DNA from: the human T2T-CHM13v2.0 reference genome, Homo sapiens
Length of the DNA: 64,000 nt
Reading direction: 5' to 3' (one strand)
NCBI RefSeq assembly: GCF_009914755.1
Contig: NC_060930.1
Shown here: positions 33,159-46,610 of the stretch, piece by piece
How positions within the stretch are numbered: the stretch's first letter is position 1
Layout of the letters: every line of letters starts with the position of its first letter
The notes under the pieces: model-generated
Seen by the model: the letters and a program-made list of their open reading frames with translations, nothing else
Told to the model about the DNA's origin: nothing
Databases searched by the model: none
Program-made: the position numbers and the translations under genes

Positions 33159-34223
33159 GTGGCTTGTCCAAGAACATTAATCTTAGTGTTAATAAAATAC
33201 TGTTCAGTTTCTTGTCATCTAGATAGTGGTTTTACAGTTAAAAAATAGAATAGGGAAACTCCTTTTCTCCCCAGTCTTACCTGATACCTTGATGTATAAA
33301 ATAAAAAAGTAACTGCTGCAGAACAGTTTGACAAGTAGTGCTCTAGAATATAACAGCACTGTTGGCAGGGGTCATGAGGGGAGTTAAAGTGTAGTTCTCT
33401 TCTGACAGTATTTTCTTCCTAAACTGGTGTTTTTTCCTCCTATTTCCTCTTTCTACTGCTTGCTTCTCTGTACTAAGATAGTGAATGTTCTTGTCCTAGA
33501 GTCATAATAAAGCCATTCCTGAAGAGTTTCATACCTTTGATTTAATTTTTAAAGACTTACGCTGCTTATTCTTGTCTTACATACTAAGGCCCATTAAACT
33601 CATTTTTTTGGTACCTAAGATTTTAAATATATTTCTCTGGAATCATGACACCGATGTGTATATAGTATGAATAGGGGAATTATACTTTATCAGAGGAACA
33701 ATATTATCAAACAGTGAAATTTATGCAAATATACTCAGTGCTAATGTTTCTAAAAATTTATTGAGAAGACCGAGGTTATCTTACACATTTCCCGAAGTCG
33801 TCATCTCAGATTTTCTCTGGACTTTTCATTTCCTTCCTGGGAAACCTAAGGAAGAAGTGGCTGTTCCCTTTCCAAAGTGCATCTTCTCGTATGTGTACTT
33901 GATCCCCACCACTTCAGAGAACCATCCCACTTTTTTGAGTCTTCATCACTTTTCATCACTTCTGTCTTTTAGCCTATGGACGAATACATGTCTTTCTCAT
34001 CTTTTTGCTTCACTGGTCATCTCTCTTCAGATTTTGCCCCTTCCTCTGACTTCTTCTCTCCTTATGTGAAACTTCTCCTTCCTAAAAAAGGTTTTCCTTA
34101 ATTCTTTTTTTTCCCCTCATCGTTATTGCCAGACTTCTTGGAAAGGTATTGTTTTTATTGCCTTCATTACTTTTTCATTGCAGTTTGGATTCAACTCTTC
34201 AACCATACAAAAGAAAATGTTCT

Positions 34224-34510
34224 CTTTTTTTGAGTTGGGGTCTCACTTTTACCCAGGAGTGCAGTGGTACAGTCATGGCTACCTGCAGCCTTGAACTCCT
34301 GGGCTCAAGTGATTCTCCTGCCTCAGCCACCTGAGTAGCTAGGATTACAGGCCCACACCACCATGCCTGGCTAATTTTTAAGAATTTTTTTGTAGAGACA
34401 GTGTCTCACTATGTTGCCCAGGCTGGTCTTGAACTCCTGGCCTCAGGCGATCCTCCTGCCTTGGCTTCCCAGAGTGCTAGGAGTACAGATGTGAACCACC
34501 ACCCTTGACC
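34224..34510 (-). mobile_element. Alu (AluJ-type)
   Basis: Reverse dimer; TSD aagaaaatgtt. Confidence 0.92.
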
Positions 34511-34959
34511 AAGAAAATGTTATTTTAATGGTCACCTGGCTTGGCATATCTGTAGTACTTGTAGACCTGCATAGCAACCCAGCAGTTCAAAGACTATTCA
34601 TGTGCCTATACATTGTTTTAAAGAAAATTTGTCAGCATTTAAGAAATCATAAACTTTCATATTGAAATGAGAGTTTGGGGCTTTTGGAAAATCAGAAGAT
34701 CTGGCAATATTGAACTGATGCCTGGCTGTGGATTGAAATGGCTTCCTGGCCAACTCCTCTTGGCTGTTTAAAATGTTTGTGACCCCACCTAGACTTACCT
34801 TCAATTTATTTACACTACGCTCCTGGTTCTACGTTTGTGACTGTTTATTGTCTTTACTCCTTTCACCTTCTGGAAGGTAAATGATAGCTATTATTAATAT
34901 ATTAAAGAGGACTAGATCCAAAAGTTTGTAGTATATGTGTGGTGGGGGGGGCTTTCCCT

Positions 34960-35483
34960 CATAGGGAAGAAAAAGTATTAGCTTTTTCCCACCTGTCACT
35001 AGGTTCGTGGCTGAGTCACCTTTAACAGACTACAGATTAAGAAGAGAAAATAACACAAATTTATTTAATAAAAGTTTCACATGACATGAAGTTTTCAGAA
35101 ATGAAGACCCAAAGATACAGGGAAACCTGTGTATTTCAGTGCTTGGATTTGATGAAGAATAGACAGTGGTGGGGAAATGTGATTGGTCAAAGCAGGTAGG
35201 ATCTAATGGTAATAAACTGGAGGGGAGCTTAACAAGGCCTGTTTGTGCAGATTCTTAATGTTCCTGTGTTTTCAGAGATAAGGACATTTCCTTTCCTCAG
35301 GGAATAGCGAGGGCACCTCTGGAATGAGGGTCTTATGACCTACTTTAGGGGAAGGTCAGAAAATTGTTTTATGGCCTGTTTCAGGGGAGAAGGGTGGGAG
35401 GAGGTCAGAAACCTTCCTGCTTCTGCTACTTTCTCAAATACCAAGGTACCATATTTTGGGGTAGCATTTACTGAACCCTATCA
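34960..35483 (-). mobile_element. ERV1 solo LTR (MER67/MER31 family)
   Basis: Reverse complement begins TGATAGGGTTCAG..GCTACCCCAAAATATGGTACCTTGG. Confidence 0.75.
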
Positions 35484-35917
35484 CCCTCAATGTTTTCTTC
35501 CTTTCACTCTTCACTAGCAACACTCAAGCATTTTTCCCAACTCATCATTATGTCTGAGGCAGGACTTTCTCCTCAGAAAGTGGTTCCTGATGACCTGGTT
35601 GATAATCCATGCTTTACATACTCATCTTCAGCAGTCATCCACTCTGACATTATCTCCCGTCACTCACTCTGGATAGGATTTCCAGGTGTCCATTATTTTT
35701 ATAGACTTTTAGCCCTTGGCTTCCATTTTCAGTCACCCGTGGAACTCTTCCTCGTGGATGTTTAGTAAGTACTTCTAATTAAATATGTCTAAAATGGAAC
35801 TCATCCAGTTTTCCCTCCATCCTCCCACCAATAAGAAAGCCTGTTGCTATTCTGATGCACCGCCTCCCCCGGCCCCCCCCTCCTCCCCACAGACACACAC
35901 TTAAATTTTTAATCCTT

Positions 35918-36230
<313 letters not shown>

Positions 36231-36519
36231 TCATTTTTAGCTCCTCCTCTTATTTCCACAGGCCAGTTACCAAGTTTTGTCAATTTTATTCCTGTACTAT
36301 TTCTTGTATCCTTTGCTGCTTAAATTTGATATGTCATTACTGGCTACATAGTTTTCTTGCCATAGGAAAATTTAACAAATATTTGTTTTTTCATGAAGGT
36401 ACTTTTCTGTCCTCCATTCACTTCTTTTTAAATCTGTCTTCTATACTGTCACTAAGATTATTAGTTATCCTTCCAAAGCACAGATACCATATTTGTTCCT
36501 TAAAGACTTTAAAAGACTA

Positions 36520-36720
36520 TGTGATGTTGAAGAATTCAAATTCTGGGTTGGACACCATGAGTTAAAATCCCAACTTCACCATCTACTAGTTATGGGCTCA
36601 TTTTCTTAATTTCTTTAATGAGGATAATAGTCATATCTACTTCATAGGTTTGTAAGGATTAAATGAGGCATCAGTACAGTGCACATCACATTAACAAGCA
36701 CCATGTAAAATGCTATTGTT
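36520..36720 (+). mobile_element. MIR
   Basis: gagttaaaatcccaacttcacc...aatgaggataatagt...tcataggtttgtaaggattaaatgag. Confidence 0.7.
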
Positions 36721-38026
36721 CCATGAAAACTAAAATTCTAGCTCATAAACCTTACATTCAGGAATATTTCATGCTTCCAGTGTCCCATCCTAACTGATTG
36801 GCACCATATCTCTTATTTTTTTGTAGTCTTAGGGCTTTGTAGTCTGTTCTTATACTACAGCTTATGTATCCTCCCTCACTTCTGTGCATTTGCCTTAGCT
36901 TTCTCCTTTAGTGTTTTCTTTTTTTTATTGACTTGGTTTCACCACATCTCTTTGCTTTAGTCTATGGTAAGGCTATTCAAATTCTACATTTTCATTAGGC
37001 CTTCCTATGCTACTAAAGGGATTTAATTACGTGTTCCTCATTCTTTTTATTGAACTGTGTATGTTTTTCATAGTTTCTTTGTATTATGATTGTGTTTCTT
37101 CTACCTCCCAAGCTGGTGTTCTTAAAAAGAGGGACCATGCCTAGTTTGCTGAATTGTAAGTAATTAAATCTTGTTGAATGGTTTTCTCCTTGAATAGGTG
37201 GTTTCAATTTTTGGAAGAAAGGTGAATTTTGTGCCTTTAAGAAGCTGTTCTTTACTGAAATTATGTTACTTTTGACTATTCTTATTTCATCTCATTTCTG
37301 AATTGGATATCTATATTCAGGGCAAGGATTCAGTTTGATCAAACAGTTCTTATAAAGCAAATGTGAGTGTATAATAAGTAGTAGTACTCTTATTAGCTTA
37401 CATTTATTAAAGTTATATGCCAGGAACTGTTACGTTTGTGTGTTGTGTATGTCTGCCTATGTGTATAAGAGAGAGGGAAATTATTTATTTAGTCCTCAGC
37501 ACCTCTCTGAAATAGGTGGTTACTATCCCTGTTTATTTATGAGACCACTAAGGTACAGAGATGTAAAATAACGACCTAGTCAAGTAACTAGGAATTTTTA
37601 ACAACACAAGAAAAGCAGAACCCAAACTAAGTAAAACATTTTATTTCTTTTTTTAGGGACAGTGTGTAGGTGTGATTGTTGAAGTTTGCTTTAGGGTACT
37701 AAAGGAATTTGTGAAAGAAAACTTGAATCTTTTGAAACTAAGTTTCAGGAAAGCAGAATGTAAGCATTTTACCCTTGTGGAGGCTTAGTAATACCCTTAT
37801 TTAAGAATGTGCTAATTAGGGTTCTTTGTTCTATATTAGTGGGAATTTCATTAGTTTTGAATTTAAGTGATGTATAGGCCCTTTAAAGGTTGAATAATAC
37901 ATATTTATGAACTATAGTGATAGCAATTTGTTGCAGACATTGTTTCCCAATCTTTAAATATTAATATAAGATTATTTGTTTTATTGGATTAAACAAAAAC
38001 AAGTCTGTATTTGTGATATATGTGGC

Positions 38027-38330
38027 TTTTTTTTTTTTTTTTTTTTGGGAGATGGAGTCTCACTCTGTCGCCCGGGCTGGAGTGCACTGGCTTGATCTCG
38101 GCTCACTGCAACCTCCACCTCCCAGGTTCAAGAGATTTTTCCTGCCACAGCTTCCCGAGTAGCTGGGATTACAGGTGTGCACCATCATGCCCAGCTAATT
38201 CTTGTATTTTTAGTGGAGACAGGGTTTCACCATGTTGGCCAGGAGGGTCTCGAACTGCCAACCTCAGGTGATCCGCCCGCATCAGCCTCCCAAAGTGCTG
38301 GGATTACAGGAATGAGCCACTGTGCCTGGC
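38027..38330 (-). mobile_element. Alu (AluS-type)
   Basis: Reverse dimer. Confidence 0.94.
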
Positions 38331-38923
38331 CAATGTGGACTCTATATGGTATAAAGGAGTATGTAAACTGTGGAGAGAAGTAGGGCTATTTTCTACAGCA
38401 GTGGTCTTCAAATTTTTTAATTGGGTACCTTACCAGCAAACATTTGAATAGAAAACCTCAATATAAGTATGTCTAATTATAAATCATATGTATAAATATA
38501 TATACTATTTCGGCTTATATAGTTTTTCAAGTCTGTTTATGATGTAATTTTATGTTTCAGAACAATTTAATATACTTTTTTTCCTGCTGTACTTCAGTGT
38601 ACATCCTCTGTTTGGAAACCACTAGTTCATAGTGCTGTGAGTAATGAAGTTTTCTAAGAATACATTATTAAATAACTGCCTGATTTATTTGCCCTATTTC
38701 CTCCATGTACGGAGACATTACAGCAACAGCCCAGTCAGATTTTTTTCATGCTATCTTTTAGTCAGATTTAATTTAATGTGTATTTCTAGTTTATTGCTTC
38801 TGCCATGTTTTATTCTTTATGAAGATCCCCGAGTATTGAGTGTGCCAGTTACCAGATTCTCTCCCAGCTCTAAATTACCTCTTCATTACTTGATCTGCAA
38901 TATTGGAGCCTAACCCTTTAGGC

Positions 38924-39131
38924 CAGGGGTGTCCAATGTCTTGGCTTCCCTGGGCCACATTGAAAGAATTGTCTTGGGCCACACATAACATACACTAACA
39001 ATAGCTGATGAGCTGAATCGCAAAACAAAACAAAACAAAAAAACAGAACAAAACAAAAACCTTATTTACGAATTTGCATTGGCCCGCATTCAAAGCCATC
39101 CTGGGCCACATGTTGATGTTGAACAAGCTTG
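38924..39131 (+). mobile_element. MER30 (hAT-Charlie MITE)
   Basis: caggggtgtccaat..ttggcttccctgggccacatt...ttgaacaagcttg. Confidence 0.85.
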
Positions 39132-39761
39132 CCTTCGGCATTTCTTCTTTATGTGATGTTAATTTTGTGAGTAGAGAGTGCTGGAAGGACAGTGCACAAG
39201 GGCGGGCTTATGGTTTTGTTTCTTCTTACTGTGAATGCACGGCTGCCAGTAGTGTGGCTATGGATATCCAGGGGTCCTCTGCCCCAGGTATGTGCCAAGA
39301 GCAGACAGACCTTGTCTAGCTCACAGCCCCAGCGTCAGCTTAGTGACCTCCTCTCTGTAGTTTTCCCAGCATGAGGCTGCACACCCCAGACCTCATGCCT
39401 GCCTTCTGGAGAGCCAGCTGCCAATATTCCAACTTCCCCTGCATGTCTACTTACACTCAGGAGGGCTTTCCTTGTGCAGGCCCTGCTGGTAATGAGATTC
39501 TCAATGTCCCAACTGACTGTGTATGCTCAACCTCGAGCCCCTTAAGCCCCAGCAACCACACAGGGAGAACTACTTTGCCATCCAGTGGGCTGCAGCCATA
39601 ATTCCAATAAGGCCTGAATCCTAGTTATGGGGAGTGGGGACCCTCTTCTAAGTTTGTTCCTTCCGTGGATACCCTCACTCAGCCCTTGAGTACTTGAGTA
39701 TTCTTCAGAATTTTCATTACACATTGATAGTTATTTTCCTATTACAATTAATAATTGTAAT

Positions 39762-40514
39762 TGAGAGTTCCCTGATTCCCCTTGCAGGAGGTGTGACAGA
39801 GGTGTGGCTCACCTGCTTGGTCGCCCCGCAGCTCAAACCCCTAGGGCGAGCATGCAGACAGGTAGGTGCAGAGACCAGGAGGAAGCTTTGGGCTCTTGGC
39901 CCCATGGTAATGTCTAGGGGTGAGTGCCTGCAACCCCACTGTTACAAAGCTCTTTCTTTCAGCTTTGCCGTCTGCAGACGGCTTTGAGTGTTAATCAGCT
40001 CAATGGACCCTCTGCTTTATTGCAAGGAAGAGGGCCAGTGTGACAGCCTTCCATATCCCACGCTGTTCCCTAGCGTCCCGGATCACACGCAGGCTCGAAG
40101 GATGAGTGCAAGATTTTACTGAATGGTGGAGGTGGCTCTCAGTGAGATGGATGGGGAGCCAGAAGGTGGGGAGGGGTGGGGGATATAATCTTCCCCTGGA
40201 GTTCAGCTGTTCTCAGCCAAACTCCTCTCAATATTCAGGTGCCTCTTTCCTCCTCTGCCATGCCACCCTGCTGCTCTCTGCCGCTCTCCACCGCTTCTCT
40301 TGACATTCAGCAGTTTGTGTGTGTGCCCACTAAGGTCTTGGGTTAAATGGGGGCAAGATGGGGGAAGTGGTGGGCCAAAGGCAACTTTTTGGGCGCAAAA
40401 ACAGGAATGGCTGTCCTCTTTTAGGGCCACTGGTCTTCAGACTTGAGCGTGGGGCATTTGCCGGGGATCTGCCCTCTTCTACCCAGTATTTTCCTGTCTT
40501 CTGTTCATGTGTAT
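39762..40514 (-). mobile_element. ERV1 solo LTR (MER50/MER52 family)
   Basis: Ends gccctcttctacccagtattttcctg; internal caactttttgggcgcaaaaacagg. Confidence 0.75.
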
Positions 40515-40549
40515 ATGAAACTTTGCCTGTTCAAGTTAGGGTGTGGTTC

Positions 40550-40857
<308 letters not shown>

Positions 40858-42312
40858 TGATTGGATCCTACCAGATGCAATGGGCTAAAGTGAGTTAAAT
40901 TACATATTATCCTTGTGCTTGAAAACTGAAGATTAGTACCAGTGCTTCCTCCTCACCCACTCATATACAGGGCATATTTGGGTCACTGCTAGTCCATGGT
41001 AATTAGCTTTGTTATTAAAAAATATCATGGTTGTAAATGCAGTTATTCACTCTAGTGGAATATTACTATGCAGGAGTAGCCCTTCAAAGTCATCGATCCC
41101 AAAAATGGTTGAGCCGAGAGAATGGAATAATTGTGTAAGTGTGTTTCCATAGTTAAAAGTCTATTATATTGTAATTTAAACAAGAAACATCAAATGAGAA
41201 CTTTTCAATTCTATTACTTTATTATCATGCTTGGTAGCTTAAAAAATTTCCACCTGGTTATTTCCTTTTGAGTAAATTAGCAAATGACAGTCATGTAAAT
41301 TATCTTTTAAAAATTTCCCCAAGTAGGAGGCTCGGGTAAAAGAAAAGCACTCCTACGCTTTTAGAGGATGTGGGGTTGGTGAGGCAGAGAGACCAGAAGA
41401 TGAACTATTGTGACTAATTTATTAGTGCTAACTTGTTACTAATAGATGGTTCATTTGTAGACATCTAAATATGATTGTGTTCATTTTCATATTTGGCTTT
41501 TCCTTTGAAGTTATATGTGTAAAATAGTTGGTGATGATATGTTTCTAGAAATTGAAGGAGGAAAGAATAAAAGCAAATTAACAATCATATTATTGATTCC
41601 ATAGCAACGTGTTAAATTTGCTATATCCAGTAGCCTTTACATTAGTATAGAAGTAATGAACCTGCATTTTGTATTAAGTAAATTATATTATTTTTAATAA
41701 ATCAGTAAAACAGCAGGACACCAGAATCTTTTTGAGAGATTTTCTACTTCCTGGTCCTACTGCTTTAACTTCACTGTTTGTGACAACTTTGTGTAGAGAG
41801 ATATTATTGAAGATAAAACTGATGGCCCTGGCTCTGTAGGTGATCTTCCCAATGAAACACTCATGGAGATAGTGTTTTACATAAATTTTTAAAAGCAGTG
41901 ATGACTTCTGTGTAGGAGTCAGTTTTTTTAAACTTAGATTATAAATGACTGTGTATACAGTGAATGTTGCTGAAAAAGAAAAAATGCTTGCAATAAAGTT
42001 ACAAATAGTCATTTCTCCCCTGCAATTGAAAGAATGATGCTTCATTCAAGTCTTTGACACCTTAGAGTCAGTAAGGGTGTTAAGTACTAGAGGAAGTTTA
42101 TAATTACAAAGAGCCGCATCTAATAATCTTAAAGGCAAATAGAATGCTTTGCAATAGACAGAAACAGGGAATAAAATAATTTAAAATATATACTGTTATC
42201 AAATACTTTTTTTTTCTTACAGGCTGGCCCCTGCAGGAAAATATAACATGAAATTCAAGCATATTGTATCTAAGAAATGACTGTTTAAAAAAATAAAATG
42301 GTCCCTTCAGTT

Positions 42313-44268
42313 GGGGTTGAATCATAATTCTAAAAGACACAATCCTGAACACCATAATCCCAAATGTTGAAATCCTGAATGATCAAAATCCCTAATGTCT
42401 GAAATCCCAAAGGATTGAAATTCCATTAATTCTGGAAAAAATAATTTTTACAAACTTTTTAAAAGATGTTTATTTACATTTTTAAAAGGGGATTTGAGAA
42501 TCATAAAATACCACAGAACATAAACCACTTTACACCATAAAATAGGCAGTAATGACATACATATTTTTGCAAGCATAAATAGATACACTAAGGATAGTCA
42601 CATGGGTATAACAGTTATAAGCAGATAAGCCATTATTCATAAAGAAATAGGTCACAAAGTGAAATGTGTAAATACATATCACTATGGTTGGTAATTGTAT
42701 ACACGCAGTATTATAACTGTAGTCATCTCAAATACCATGATGGACAACTGAGTCTTTTGATGAGGTCAGCCAAAAACTGTAATGATTCACCACCACATAT
42801 GCAGTTGCCCAGAGAGCCAAGATCTCAAGAGATTTTGTCTTTCACAAATACAGATGTAAAAAAAGGACATCTCCATTTATTGAGGAAATTTCAATGTTTT
42901 CACATATACACACAGTGCTTACACACAAAGTCAGTGTTGTGATAATACACTTTTGTAGAGTCACATTTACTAAAATGCATATAACGAATTAGAACTCTCT
43001 AAACCTTTATACAATTTATACCTCCAAAATTGGAAATGATGTGAAGATGAAAGATAGCATAGCTAATTGGCACAATGTGTGAAGGGGCAGAAGTAATACA
43101 TGATTGAATAATTTGGCATGGGAGATTTCTCCTACTTTTTGCCTGCATTTTCACTTCTGTGAACTTTTGGAGAGTGGTGTACTCTACACATTTTGTAAGT
43201 ATATGTTGTCTTTTTGGAAGTCTGGTTATTGTTTGGCCATTGCAATTAAGTATTTTTCTGCTTTCACATCACCAGTAATAATTAGCTTTTAAACTTCTGT
43301 CTTTCACCATTAAGGAGCTTAGTGCGCTCAACTTACCATAGGCTTTTTTTTTTTTTTTTTTTTTGAGGGGACAGTTCCGTAGATGTCTTCCATTGTGTTG
43401 TAAGGAATACAATAAGAAGGAATGATTGGCTTCTCCAATACTAGGTCTGTATTAGGGTTCTCCAGAGAGAGAACCAATAGGATATGTATATAGATATATG
43501 AGAAGAGATTTATTAGGAGAATTCACATAAGAGATTCTGGTGGCTGAGGAGTTCCACAACAGTCCATCTGCAAGCCAGAGACTCTGGGGTTGCAGTAGCA
43601 AAGCTCAGTCCAGTTCCTAAGGCCTCAACCAAGGAAGCTGGTGGTGTAACTCTCAGTGGGAGATTGAAAGCTTCGAGGACCCTGAGGGGCTGCTTAGTGT
43701 AAGTCCTGGAGTACAAAGGCCCCTGAGCCTGAAGTTCTCGTATCCAAGGAAGCAGAAGAAAAGTCTTGTCCTAACTCTCAGAGACCAATCCATTTTCTGT
43801 ATTTGCTCTCTTGGCTTCTGGCCAATTGATGGTGCCACAGTGAGGTCAGATCTTCCCTACCTAGTCCACTCAGACTCACACACTAATGTCCTCTGAAAAC
43901 ATCCTCCCAGACACACCCAAAATAGTGCTTTAACAGGTTTTTAGGTATTCCTTAATCCAGTCAAGTTGACACCTAAAATTAAGTCCATAAGTCTACCCTT
44001 TGACCACGTACCCATATGCATTTCCTTAAACTATACTTAGTTTCCAAATAAAGACATTAACAAAGGAATAGTTCCACCTAACATGATGCAACTCATATGA
44101 TGCAAATGTCCTTTGTACAACCCAAAAATGTGCTAAACCTTTCCCCAGAATTCGACTGTCAGGATTTTGACATTTCAAGATTGATTTTCAGGATTTTAGA
44201 CTTCCGGGATTTTGATATTTTGGATTTCAACATTTAGGATTGTGTGTTTTGGGATTATGATGAGCACT
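42313..44268. mobile_element. Ricksha-type composite non-autonomous DNA transposon (MULE/MuDR class)
   Basis: Long TIRs made of AATCCC/T subrepeats (atcataattctaaaagacacaatcctg... vs ...aggattgtgtgttttgggattatgat); ~2 kb; internal MLT2/ERV-L cargo. Confidence 0.85.
43448..44060 (-). mobile_element. MLT2B-type ERV-L LTR plus adjacent internal fragment, inside Ricksha
   Basis: tgtattagggttctccagaga...aatccagtcaagttgacacctaaaattaa then agtctaccctttg...tccaaataaagaca. Confidence 0.8.
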
Positions 44269-44365
44269 GCTTTCGTTACCGGTGTCACAATTTAATTAAT
44301 ACAGTAATTTAATTCTGTTGGTGTACCATTTGTATTCTAGAATATTCTAGAACTTGAAGCATACT

Positions 44366-45074
<709 letters not shown>

Positions 45075-45470
45075 TGCCTTCAGGCATATTTTTCTAGGTT
45101 ATTAATGGAGGTTAAATTCCCAGACTAGTTACAAAAAGTATTTTTTAAATTCACAGTAAAACTGTAATGTTACTTTATATTCTAGGAACAGGATACTGTG
45201 CAGGAAAGACCACTGTCAAATTCAGAGTTTTGTTTTGGGAATGCCTTACCACTTCATTTTCATTCCCTCTTAGTTCTCCAGTCCTCTTTCTCAAGTAGCT
45301 GATGTTCTCATATTTCTGTGAGTACACTTTGCATCTTCACTCAAACCTATTCCTTCAATATAGGAGAGCTCAGTTAGCTGCTAAAGAAAACAATATGAAC
45401 TAACTTATGATACTGTATGGATGTGCCTTAAGTAAATAAGATTTCAGGTAGATAATAAGTATGGGGAAAT

Positions 45471-45624
45471 GGCCAGGTGTAGTGGCTCATGCCTGTAATC
45501 CCAGCATTTTGGAAGACTGAGGTGAGAGGATCACTTGAGCCCAGGAGATTGAGGCTGCAGTGAGCCGTGATCATGCCACAGCACTACAGCCTGGGCGATA
45601 GAACAAGACCTGGTCTCAAAAAAC
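45471..45624 (+). mobile_element. Alu monomer (FRAM-like or left/right-arm recombinant)
   Basis: Left-arm start joined directly to right-arm end. Confidence 0.85.
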
Positions 45625-46107
45625 AGGCAGGGAAGTACAGGTGATTCGGAGGAAGGATAATTTGGAGTGGAAGGATCTCCAAAGAGGCAAGCCTCTCAGT
45701 TGCTGCTGTGTCCAGTCTTTTGTTATAGTTGTTCCTGTATTCCAGAACTTAAAGTTTCTCTGAACGCATGAACTAAAAATTTTTCCTCCAACTACTCACG
45801 TTACATTAGCAGCAAGGGTTCATGGGATAAATGAGGAGGGTAAGACTAGAGCCTTTGGTGTGTATGATTTTCTCAGTTCAGGACTATAGTTGTATATCAT
45901 TCTGGTCTTTTTTAGTTATTAATATTATATGAGCTAGTAAATTAATTTTTTCCTCACTTCAGTGACATTGCGTTTAATTTCTAATCTTAAGACAAACAGT
46001 AATCCAAAGTTTTAGAAAAAAGAAATTCCTGCAGTAACTAGAAAAAGTTGTCAGTCTTCTCTGATTTAAATGTATATTAAGTACTATTAATTATGGGTCC
46101 AGGTCAA

Positions 46108-46239
46108 TCATGATAAATATCAGTAAAGTTTAAAAGAAAATCTTGTTCAGTAACTCACTTTACTAAATCTCTGTACTCATGATAAATATCAGTAAAGTTT
46201 AAAAGAAAATCTTGTTCAGTAACTCACTTTACTAAATCT
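46108..46239. repeat. Perfect 63-bp tandem duplication with 6-nt spacer
   Basis: 46108-46170 identical to 46177-46239; spacer ctgtac. Confidence 0.97.
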
Positions 46240-46310
46240 TAATGCTTAGCCAGATCTTAAACTGGAGAGTGGTTGAATGAACCCACTGTGTGGTCAAATG
46301 TTTGATATTT

Positions 46311-46610
46311 GGCCAGGTACAGTGGCTCACACCTATAATCCTAGCACTTTGGGAGGCCGAGGTGGGCGGATCACCTGAGGTCAGGAGTTTGAGACCAGCC
46401 TGGCCAACATGGTGAAACCCATCTCTACTAAAAATACAAAAATTAGCCAAGTATGGTGGTGCATGCCTGTAGTCCCAGTTCAGGAGGCTGAGGTGGGAGG
46501 ATCACTTGAACCCAGGTGGCGGAGGTTGCAGTGAGCCAAGATTGCACCATTGCACTCCACCTTGGGCAACAGAGTGGGACTCTGCCTCAAAAAAAAAAAA
46601 AAAAAAAAAA
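46311..46610 (+). mobile_element. Alu (AluS-type)
   Basis: Dimer; TSD gtttgatattt. Confidence 0.94.

Noticed and set aside
30793-33185. gaacattaa at ~30795 and ~33172 as a possible TSD of the POLR1F retrocopy
   Set aside because: Short match, no adjacent poly-T remnant, and L2-like sequence lies between
39150-39720. GC-richer block with short ORFs
   Set aside because: Looks like an old repeat but I could not assign a family or coding identity
46108-46239. Repeat-spacer-repeat resembling CRISPR
   Set aside because: Human DNA, only two copies, 6-nt spacer, no cas genes
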